The notes beneath the pieces were generated by a model. It searched no databases, had not been told where the DNA came from, and saw nothing but the letters and a program-made list of their open reading frames with translations. 45,316 bases of DNA from a virus. Both the position numbers and the translations under genes were made by a program. Shown here one piece after another: positions 25,801 through 31,233 of this stretch. The first letter of the stretch is position 1; each line of letters opens with the position of its first letter. The stretch spans positions 1 through 45,316 of the IMG/VR virus record IMGVR_UViG_3300045988_128825. One strand, written 5' to 3'.

Positions 25801-26949
25801 CTGGCCGATTTCTCCGCCTTTAAAGAATATCTTGAACGTGCGGCAAATCCTCAAGGTACTAACAGCGGCTCTGTTGGTGAAAGCTGGATGGGCAGTGTTG
25901 CTAACTGGCTTAGGGCTCGTACTGTAAATGCTGCCATTATGCTTAACCTTAAAACTGCCGTTCAGAACTTGGGTAATCCCTTGCTTTATGGTAATGCTGT
26001 AGATGGTTTTGGATATAGTGATGTCGTTGCCGCTGTGAGCAATTACAGTATGAATATGCAACTTGCAGAGGGCTATAAATCGGCTAAGGAATTTGTTTAC
26101 AGTAAATCCCCTTGGATGAAAGAAAGGTCTGTGCTTCCTGATATTTCCCTGCGGGATATGAAAGAAATGGAAAGCCTGAATCCTATAGAAAAGAAAGCTG
26201 TTGAATTTGGCACAAGATTGCTGGTCGCTACTGATAATCTTTCTGCTATTCCGGTATGGATGCAGGCGTATGGTAAAAAAATAAGGGCTGGTGCAGGCGA
26301 AGCAGAAGCTGTGGACTTTGCCAATACGGTTATTAGACGTACACTTGGCAGCAGCAGAGTTACGGAGGTTGCACCGCTTTTGCGTGGCGGACCTATGCTT
26401 AAACTGTTTACTACCTTCCAAGGCTTCTTCAATACACAATATAATCAGTGGGCCAGAGAGTACAATATCTTCTTAAAAGAAAAAGACATAATGCGTCTTA
26501 CTTCGTTTGTGGGAGCTAAGTTTGTAATGTTTGTTTTTATAAACTTGATGTTGTCGCCCGAAGATCCATTTGAAGAAGATAAGGATGAATATCAAAAGAT
26601 ATCAAAAGAACTGCTTACTTACCCTATGAGTTTAGCCGGACCGGTTGGACAGGTTGGTAATGCTATCTGGAGCAGGGCTTTAGGCATGCAGACTTACGGG
26701 TATAGAATGACTGCAGTACAAGGCACGATAGAGCAAATGGAACGTGCTGCCGGTAAGGTACAAAAGGTTTACCAGGGCAAAGCAGATTATGACGAATTGG
26801 TTGAGCCTACTGCAACATTTGTTGGAACAGCATTAGGCGTGCCTGCACAGTTAAACAAATTATTCTTTAACGGATATGATATCTTGTTCAACGGTATGGA
26901 GCCGGAAGTTGGCGACATCTTTAGACGTAGGCCGAAAAAGGAACGGTAA
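19801..26949 (+). CDS. Giant (2382 aa) internal virion/ejection protein (gp16-like position) with several effector-like modules
   Basis: Single uninterrupted ORF; INHIFEKH module (~aa 611), FHGSPHKF...GWGLYFA module (~aa 761-790), HEAVGH (aa 1150-1155), hydrophobic segment FVGAKFVMFVFINLMLS near C-terminus. Confidence 0.75.
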   Translation: MARSVLYDVAAAGKFIPDDLKTKALQGANANNISLQMAARNPDYYLPKNFDYDWNKYEKIAPRTAEALKDPVLMSVAGTKAAEFWGEQENNWKSITALKNGFKNVARSGYGAVALLADLGADKKDVDLTTESKVFSADTIGRLLYAVGGDKLKTIGTEAKRIGGSEIFKPEEVKAETAAGQFYYDLLQNAPQLAAQVGVAISTGGWSAAAFMGSQIAGGQYLDLTEAGVSNDRARAAASLNAVAQSALEKVGLGKVMGAGARAAKIATMGGKAKEVFKTALTEGITEWIQEYPDAAAEIWAKNANLSTQEQILKFYQEFGEITKRGAYSGAIGAVFGGLGGSVSIAVDRNANRVMQEQAVRTAETMKNSKDVDITASKLVLNQTTEEKAYVDAETLFTYAQANPNLDVKDTFGIEVSELQAAAVRGEDIEMPMGTYCAAEAQNPGFFQAVSNNVAFEQGGYTEERARNKKALQSAYKKALENDEEFRTAVDTFRNELTEAGLNQKETGDVLAILTSRAMIANPDDPMQYFRDNPLSFKRVVSTPNGRYMQTKSANEKLLEDENNFSGIVDEYKAGTLNETKPYKVITTPLAINLAGGKILPVTIDGGRINHIFEKHFDGMTPDLLKQLPRAFADPIMVLDSYSGRKVVVLDLKDAQGSTIIVPLDLDVSRDRYKVNAINSAYGKGGANGTNYNWFIEHNIKKGRVAYVNKEKTAKWLQSDSSDSAIKGTDLDGFLNNSIPDENALRKRREEMQGYYQTAFHGSPHKFNKFNLENIGTGEGAQSHGWGLYFAKDRSVAGNRYRFIGKAADNSVTFGDRPIMELYDSLERQAGTISDNAEAQKYYDKMALIEDIEYKGSTVDINEENFSPAAVKWFKREIKPRLRIKGSLIEVDIPENNVLLDEQKTLAKQDENVKNLLKNFYKSLRSEQRSAVKEQLKQSVRKNETSEEYSEKINKTRKIDSTLSRLNKILKPLPDTAPKFIQRAKELSMSELKGEGYDIGRLKTDQQYYDSIVNSLQAEQKELQAAIAAEEQTIQEAYNKELETIEKSRGAGLFNSNAITGDNFYAALSEVLGGAKEASIALNKAGIKGITYYGDLDGRAFVVFDDKSIKILNKYNQKVNNDKKGSITWDEEGKAIISLFEGADMSTVIHEAVGHYFIENLIREGALPNATEQMKKDRQTMLDYAGVTKDWDSLSQEEKTAAHERWAEAAETYMLEGKAPSKELQPVFNRFKKWLLAVYNAVFSDKRSKNAVPINDEVRQVFDRMLASEEQISEMERIDGYFSALPDVVLDALSEPRKQMLRNFAAKAHDKAVQLLTKESLVNFNQERKDRIQKYREDVEPQVKEAIAKQPLYMASEQILDIASDLKTAKGIANRYLEGNFDESKMATFDMIAEANGFTSGDELAKTIMSEPSFNGAVNRHIDEMVQDAFPDIYKERGLAEEAARDAMYNDESGLLINTEAQLIEDKAQGLLKGQRDAETLRKLAVARKQTAKIQAQMDLQNRVKLKEALNTQKYITAERNAAAKAAVALENDDYSAAVRYKNVQAFNHACVVESVRLRNQYAKWQNYFRKQAKAKRETWGNERNFIQAAAIMERFGYKRKDYSDFEKTETLSDYLNDMDDLYDNVAVADWIMDENVSITNPRERMTASQLEDIVNALKNIKAIAKQEMSINALQKGATYAEFKAEAQETLNKLKTIWKPQVGVAQQPTVMEKLKASLRSTDNLFEMMDDWQYGFFSKHFGAAIREAADNETRKILEYEEKTAQAYREWLPDKAAEKAADYQEKYDELGTSVDKHVLLKMLMNLGNESSARVLCSTRPVGFESSALWVDGDIVQTKINLLDFLGRNLTEADIKYAQAKIDIAEMYWSEMEALETRWTGFSPKKVEASPVELTLSDGKTVVMRGGYFPLMRDGDTGSKHAGQEVISDTDPRQGRNIRTMSTRRGHLKERVKAKYPVNLKRGAEFNVAMDAIHDLCFREVMGDFRKIMNDQEMYTLIKEKLGLADFSAFKEYLERAANPQGTNSGSVGESWMGSVANWLRARTVNAAIMLNLKTAVQNLGNPLLYGNAVDGFGYSDVVAAVSNYSMNMQLAEGYKSAKEFVYSKSPWMKERSVLPDISLRDMKEMESLNPIEKKAVEFGTRLLVATDNLSAIPVWMQAYGKKIRAGAGEAEAVDFANTVIRRTLGSSRVTEVAPLLRGGPMLKLFTTFQGFFNTQYNQWAREYNIFLKEKDIMRLTSFVGAKFVMFVFINLMLSPEDPFEEDKDEYQKISKELLTYPMSLAGPVGQVGNAIWSRALGMQTYGYRMTAVQGTIEQMERAAGKVQKVYQGKADYDELVEPTATFVGTALGVPAQLNKLFFNGYDILFNGMEPEVGDIFRRRPKKER

Positions 26950-26952
26950 AAG

Positions 26953-26990
26953 AAAACCCCCTCGAATTTGAGGGGGTTTATATTTTCTCA
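26953..26990. terminator. Bidirectional intrinsic terminator between convergent genes
   Basis: AAACCCCCTC-GAATTT-GAGGGGGTTT flanked by A-run and T-run. Confidence 0.85.
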
Positions 26991-27272
26991 GAATCCATTG
27001 TTGTATCTATAAATTGCGTCATTTGCTTCACGGATAGCCGCAGCTTGTGCTTCTTGAATACGCTGGATATCATTGTTACAGTTTTCTACATATTTCTTTG
27101 CTTCTTCGACATAAAGTTCAACTTCATATTTGCTCGGATTGTAAGGTAAATATGAATTGAATTCTGGATACATTGACAAACTTAAATTAGATCCACCAAA
27201 AACATATGCAAACGCTATACTTGAACACCATAAAATAGAAATTATTGAAATTATTAGAATCCTTTTAAACAT
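26988..27272 (-). CDS. Secreted 94-aa protein (signal peptide + helical domain), function unknown
   Basis: MFKRILIISIISILWCSSIAFA/YV...; AAAGGAGAAG SD; A+T-rich island. Confidence 0.6.
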   Translation of the reverse strand: MFKRILIISIISILWCSSIAFAYVFGGSNLSLSMYPEFNSYLPYNPSKYEVELYVEEAKKYVENCNNDIQRIQEAQAAAIREANDAIYRYNNGF

Positions 27273-27302
27273 TAATTCTTCTCCTTTAATATTTGATTTG
27301 TT

Positions 27303-27713
27303 TTATATGCCTATATATTTTCCGTTGCCGTCACCAATTAAATTTAATAGGTGAAAAAATAATTCTTCACCTATAGATCCTGGAATAATAGGTTTTATTT
27401 TATAAAGTGGTTTATAAGAATCTTCTATTTGACCATTTTTATAGGCAATAATGTACAAATTTACTAAGGAAAAATCTTTTGTAAAAAAAGTAGTTTGTAT
27501 TAAAATCTGTTTATTTTCAGAAGGTTCTACTCTTGCGACCCAGGCGGTTGCTTTTGTATCGTCAAATGTGATTGTTCCTCTATCTATAAAATAACCAAAT
27601 TGGTTATCTGAATCTACCCAGCTCCAGCGAGCTGGATCTAAGTTATTGGCAGCACATAAATTTGTGATTAAAGAAAATACAAGAATTAAAAATAATAAAA
27701 TTGTTTTTTTCAT
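27303..27713 (-). CDS. Secreted 136-aa protein, function unknown
   Basis: Start at internal ATG 27713 (MKKTILLFLILVFSLITNLCA/ANN...) after AAGAAGGG SD; the track start 27833 would overlap the upstream gene. Confidence 0.6.
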   Translation of the reverse strand: MKKTILLFLILVFSLITNLCAANNLDPARWSWVDSDNQFGYFIDRGTITFDDTKATAWVARVEPSENKQILIQTTFFTKDFSLVNLYIIAYKNGQIEDSYKPLYKIKPIIPGSIGEELFFHLLNLIGDGNGKYIGI

Positions 27714-27754
27714 AATAACCCTTCTTTTATTATTTCGCACAATTAAGTTATTGG

Positions 27755-28324
27755 CTATATTCCTTTTACGCTGCCGGTAAAACCTATAGCAGAAGTTTGA
27801 CCTTTTGAATTTATCCCAAAAAATAATGCCCAAATCGGATTATATTTATTATGATAGGCATACCAATAGGATACAATTCCGTTATATTCTGCTTTAGTGT
27901 TTTTAATAATGGTTCCCGGAGTTCCGTATTTAGAAACAATTAAATTTTCTGAAGAACCAATTGATATTCCTCTTATAGTTGATACGTTGGGCTTAGTACA
28001 AATAATTTTATATATTTTACCATAGTCATCTTTGTTTATAGTTGGCTTATCATTATAATTTAAAGTTATAATACCATTTTCAAATAATATAGTTGCTTCA
28101 CTACTTCTGGCAACACCGTCACTATAAATATAATTTTCTGTCAGGATTTCGCCTAAAATGCGTGAAGCATCGTTAATAGTGGTATATTTTTCTGCTTGTA
28201 ACGGCCCGCAATTGATCAAGAATAAGTCATCTACATTAGTGCTACCAGCAGCAATAACTTTGGCAGATAAATTGAAAATAGATAAAAAGATAAAAGCAAA
28301 AATAACAAGTGTAATTTTTTTCAT
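27755..28324 (-). CDS. Secreted 189-aa protein, function unknown
   Basis: MKKITLVIFAFIFLSIFNLSAKVIAAG...; own extended -10 (TGATATAAT, plus coords 28349-28357) downstream of a terminator. Confidence 0.65.
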   Translation of the reverse strand: MKKITLVIFAFIFLSIFNLSAKVIAAGSTNVDDLFLINCGPLQAEKYTTINDASRILGEILTENYIYSDGVARSSEATILFENGIITLNYNDKPTINKDDYGKIYKIICTKPNVSTIRGISIGSSENLIVSKYGTPGTIIKNTKAEYNGIVSYWYAYHNKYNPIWALFFGINSKGQTSAIGFTGSVKGI

Positions 28325-28365
28325 AAATAATGCTCCTTTCTTGTCACAATTATATCACATTTATA

Positions 28366-28396
28366 AACGAAAATAAAACAGCCCGTAGGCTGTTTT
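28366..28396 (-). terminator. Intrinsic terminator after the XRE-family gene
   Basis: Minus strand: AAAACAGCC-TAC-GGGCTGTTTT followed by ATTTTCG. Confidence 0.65.
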
Positions 28397-28400
28397 AAAG

Positions 28401-29105
28401 TTAAGGTTTATTAAGGTATTCTTCTATGAATTTATTCAAGTCATTATCTTGATTGTCTACTATTATATATAAATCATCAATAATAGAATGTTTTTTTGAA
28501 TCTGTAATGAATTTAAACTGACCTGAAATAAAAGCAAAAAGTCCGATTACGACTTCACTGTCTCTGAAAAATTTGAAAAGCAAATAACCATTCTGTGAAA
28601 TAGGATCAATTGCGGTGAAATATGATTCCTGTTCTAAAAAATCATAATCATTAAATTGAGGGAAAAAGCTCAAAATAAAATCATTTATGATTGGATGTGT
28701 TGAATTAAAATGTTTGTTTTTATCCAAAGAAACCGGATTTCCATTGTCATCCAAAACCATTATTTCTTCTTTTAAGTCTTCTGGTATCTTTTTTATGAAT
28801 GGAACACTTTCAACTTTAGGGAAGATATCCCAGTGAACCAAAGAATTCTGTGTATCGTATATTAGTTTTTCTACTAATTTATAGACTTTAGAGTCAGACT
28901 TTGATTGAGTATCTAAAAGCAGATAATCTAAAGTTACATTAAATAATTCTACAAGTTTTTTTAATAATTCTGGATCGCTAGGAATACTTTTTCCCGTTTC
29001 GTAGTAACTAACAATTCTCGAGGATACTCCTAACTTTATGGCTAAATCTTTTTGGGTCATACCCTTGGCTTCACGGAGTTTCTTTAGATTTTCACTGAAA
29101 GACAT
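28401..29105 (-). CDS. XRE-family HTH regulator with ~165-aa C-terminal domain of unknown function (Mnt-analog position)
   Basis: MSFSENLKKLREAKGMTQKDLAIKLGVSSRIVSYYETGKSIP; ATG 29105 after AGGTGGTG (track start 29117 is GTG inside the SD). Confidence 0.8.
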   Translation of the reverse strand: MSFSENLKKLREAKGMTQKDLAIKLGVSSRIVSYYETGKSIPSDPELLKKLVELFNVTLDYLLLDTQSKSDSKVYKLVEKLIYDTQNSLVHWDIFPKVESVPFIKKIPEDLKEEIMVLDDNGNPVSLDKNKHFNSTHPIINDFILSFFPQFNDYDFLEQESYFTAIDPISQNGYLLFKFFRDSEVVIGLFAFISGQFKFITDSKKHSIIDDLYIIVDNQDNDLNKFIEEYLNKP

Positions 29106-29125
29106 ATTAATCACCACCTAAAGCA

Positions 29126-29154
29126 ATTATAACAATAAGAACCATAAGACACAA
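29126..29154 (-). promoter_or_regulatory. Promoter of the XRE-family gene (TTGTGT-17-TGtTATAAT on minus strand)
   Basis: Reverse complement of 29126-29154. Confidence 0.5.
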
Positions 29155-29184
29155 TATTTTTCTCAAAAAACATCAAGACGTATA

Positions 29185-29213
29185 TTGACATAACTAACGT
29201 ATTACGTTAAAAT
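29185..29213 (+). promoter_or_regulatory. Promoter TTGACA-17-TAAAAT with palindromic operator AACGTA-T-TACGTT in the spacer
   Basis: -35 29185-29190, -10 29208-29213, palindrome 29196-29208; divergent from the XRE gene promoter. Confidence 0.65.
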
Positions 29214-29245
29214 TAAAAGCAACAAACGAGAAAGGAGTATTAAAG

Positions 29246-29416
29246 ATGAGGCCAACAATTGATTTTAAAGGTGATCTTGGAGCAGTACTTAGATACCACT
29301 GTACAAAAGTGGGCATTAGTATTGCTGGCTATGTCAAGGGGTTAGTGTATGATGATTTGTTAAAGAAGTATCCTAACTTACTTAATGAAACAAAAAAAGA
29401 AACTGTCACACGCTAA
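29246..29416 (+). CDS. 56-aa ribbon-helix-helix (Arc/CopG-like) protein (putative)
   Basis: MRPTIDFKGDLGAVLRYHCTKVGISIAGYVKGLVYDDLLKKY: short N-terminal strand + two helices; AAAGGAG SD; sits directly upstream of the antirepressor. Confidence 0.5.
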   Translation: MRPTIDFKGDLGAVLRYHCTKVGISIAGYVKGLVYDDLLKKYPNLLNETKKETVTR

Positions 29417-29539
29417 CCGACCAAAGTTACCGTGACAGTTTCAAAGCAGAAAGGCGTACGGAAAACGTACTATTTCTTAAAATAGTATAGCATTTTTACG
29501 TATGCCTTTCAAGATATTTATTTTGGGAGGCATATTTTT

Positions 29540-30274
29540 ATGAAAAACGAACTGAAGATTTTTGAAAACGAAGCTTTTGGTAAAGTTAGAGTAATTGAAA
29601 AAAATAATGAACCGTGGTTTGTAGGAAAGGACGTAGCGGAGGTACTTGGATATCGGAATACTCGTGATGCTTTAGCTAAACACATAAAAGTAATGCATAA
29701 AGCTGACGTCGCAATTTACGACGGCAGCCAAAAACGTAGCCATACAATTATTGATGAAGCGGGGTTTTATTCATTAGTCCTTCGTTCAAAATTGCCAGCT
29801 GCTGAAGCTTTTCAGGAGTGGGTAGTTGCTGAGGTAATTCCTTCTATTCGCAAAACTGGGTCGTATTCTGTAAATCAGGATATAAAAGCTAGAGAAGTAG
29901 AAGCTCGCTTAAATAACAGTCGTGCAAGAGTTGCATCGACATTCCTTAAAGTTGCTCAAATGACTGATCTGCTAGAATACAAACATATCTGCCAGCAGAA
30001 AGCAGCAGAGGTTTTGAGCGGCGTGCCATTACTACCGATGCAATCTATAAACGAAAATACTTTATCTGCTGATGAGGTCGGCAGAGAACTTGGAATCAGT
30101 GGTAATATGGTTGGCAGGATTGCGAATCAGCATAATTTAAAAACTGCTGAATATGGTAAATATTTTTATGACAAATCACGTCATTGTCAAAAACAGGTAG
30201 AAACATTTAGATATTATAGGAAGGTAATTCCAGTAATACAAAGTATTATTGATAATAAAAAAGTAGGAGCGTAA
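29540..30274 (+). CDS. ant: Bro-N domain antirepressor
   Basis: IFENEAFGKVRVIEKNNEPWFVGKDVAEVLGY...IDEAGFYSLVLRSKLPAAEAFQEWVVAEVIPSIRKTG is a typical Bro-N domain; C-terminal half antirepressor-like. Confidence 0.85.
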   Translation: MKNELKIFENEAFGKVRVIEKNNEPWFVGKDVAEVLGYRNTRDALAKHIKVMHKADVAIYDGSQKRSHTIIDEAGFYSLVLRSKLPAAEAFQEWVVAEVIPSIRKTGSYSVNQDIKAREVEARLNNSRARVASTFLKVAQMTDLLEYKHICQQKAAEVLSGVPLLPMQSINENTLSADEVGRELGISGNMVGRIANQHNLKTAEYGKYFYDKSRHCQKQVETFRYYRKVIPVIQSIIDNKKVGA

Positions 30275-30391
30275 TATAAAACAAGAAACACCCGCCGCAC
30301 CGTGGAAAGTATAGCGAGTGTTTCAACCACCAGCCGAAGCTGATAACAATAGTATAGCAGTTTTCGGCTGGTATATCAAGGAGGATATACC

Positions 30392-30574
30392 ATGAACGGA
30401 AACAGGTCGTCGTGTCCTGACGAAGAAAAAAGGGCATTGGAGAAATTTGTCGAAGTTGTAAGAAGCACATCTCAAGAAGAATTTGCAAGAAAATATATAA
30501 ATGAAGATAGTGATAAAATGACAGAGACAAAAAGCGAGATCTCCACCGCTGATAGAAAAGAAGTAAAAGAATAA
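30392..30574 (+). CDS. 60-aa acidic hypothetical protein
   Basis: AAGGAGGA SD; MNGNRSSCPDEEKRALEKFVEVV... Confidence 0.45.
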   Translation: MNGNRSSCPDEEKRALEKFVEVVRSTSQEEFARKYINEDSDKMTETKSEISTADRKEVKE

Positions 30575-30593
30575 ATCAAAGGCGGTGTAAATA

Positions 30594-30794
30594 ATGAATA
30601 AAGTGCGGAAATCATTTAGGGAGCTGTTGAACAAATTGTCTCCGGCTCAGCTTGAAGAAGTAGCAGCCATAGCATATGAGATAAAGAAAGAACGTGAATC
30701 GTCGTCGAAGGTAGTTCGGTTTATGGATAAGTCCAGCCGGCGTTGTTATGATCAGGGGTATAAGCTTGGTCTGATGTTAGGAAATAAATTTTAA
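30594..30794 (+). CDS. 66-aa hypothetical protein
   Basis: MNKVRKSFRELLNKLSPAQLEEVAAIAYEIKKERE... Confidence 0.45.
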   Translation: MNKVRKSFRELLNKLSPAQLEEVAAIAYEIKKERESSSKVVRFMDKSSRRCYDQGYKLGLMLGNKF

Positions 30795-30839
30795 AAAGTT
30801 TCCGACAAAATGCCCTTTAACAAGAGTTAAAATAGTAAT
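30791..30839 (+). promoter_or_regulatory. Late-promoter-like bipartite motif, copy B (TCCGACAAA-N14-GAGTTAAAATAGTA)
   Basis: TTAAAAAGTTTCCGACAAA 30791-30809 and GAGTTAAAATAGTAAT 30824-30839 at the same spacing as copies A and C. Confidence 0.5.
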
Positions 30840-30878
30840 GTAAGGTTATTGGATATGAGAGCAGAGGCGATGTAAAAA

Positions 30879-30929
30879 AATTAAAAATGTATCCGACAAA
30901 ACCATTATAAAAATGAGTTAAAATAGTAT
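30879..30929 (+). promoter_or_regulatory. Late-promoter-like bipartite motif, copy C
   Basis: 22-nt and 17-nt boxes identical to copy A (4673..4723), spacer unrelated. Confidence 0.55.
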
Positions 30930-30956
30930 CATAAAGTTAGTTAGAACTTAATAGAA

Positions 30957-30987
30957 AGCGCTTACTTCGGTAGGCGCTTTTTTATTT
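30957..30987 (+). terminator. Intrinsic terminator T2, homologous to T1 (5688..5719)
   Basis: AGCGCTTAC-TTCG-GTAGGCGCT + TTTTTTATTTG then AAGGAGAG SD; lies about 28 nt after motif copy C. Confidence 0.7.
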
Positions 30988-31001
30988 GGAAGGAGAGGCT
31001 T

Positions 31002-31220
31002 ATGGAAACAGTAAATGAATTGGAAAGAGCGGCAGATTTGGCTAAACTGCCGACTGTAGATGAGATTGTGAGAAAACAGTTGTCGCTTTTACATTTGGCA
31101 GCGGAAGCAGCAACGCCGTCGGAACTGCTAACAATCACTAAAAGTATGGCTGAATTGCTCAGCGCTGCCAATATGCAGGAAAAGAGGAAAAAGGATGCTC
31201 CGGCCGCAGTAAAGGTTTAA
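31002..31220 (+). CDS. 72-aa hypothetical protein preceding the tail fibre
   Basis: AAGGAGAG SD; helical, Ala/Leu-rich. Confidence 0.5.
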   Translation: METVNELERAADLAKLPTVDEIVRKQLSLLHLAAEAATPSELLTITKSMAELLSAANMQEKRKKDAPAAVKV

Positions 31221-31233
31221 GGGTGGTGAGAAT

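Noticed and set aside
25795-26439. 214-aa and other minus-strand ORFs antisense to the 2382-aa gene (also 20442, 20935, 21309, 23044, 24316, 25143, 26097...)
   Set aside because: These are shadow ORFs opposite a long, clearly coding + strand gene. They have no SDs, odd compositions and mutual overlaps.
29196-29208. The palindrome AACGTATTACGTT as a LexA (Cheo-box) site
   Set aside because: The Firmicute SOS box is CGAAC-N4-GTTCG. The half-sites here (AACGTA/TACGTT) do not match it. An operator for the adjacent small repressor is more plausible.
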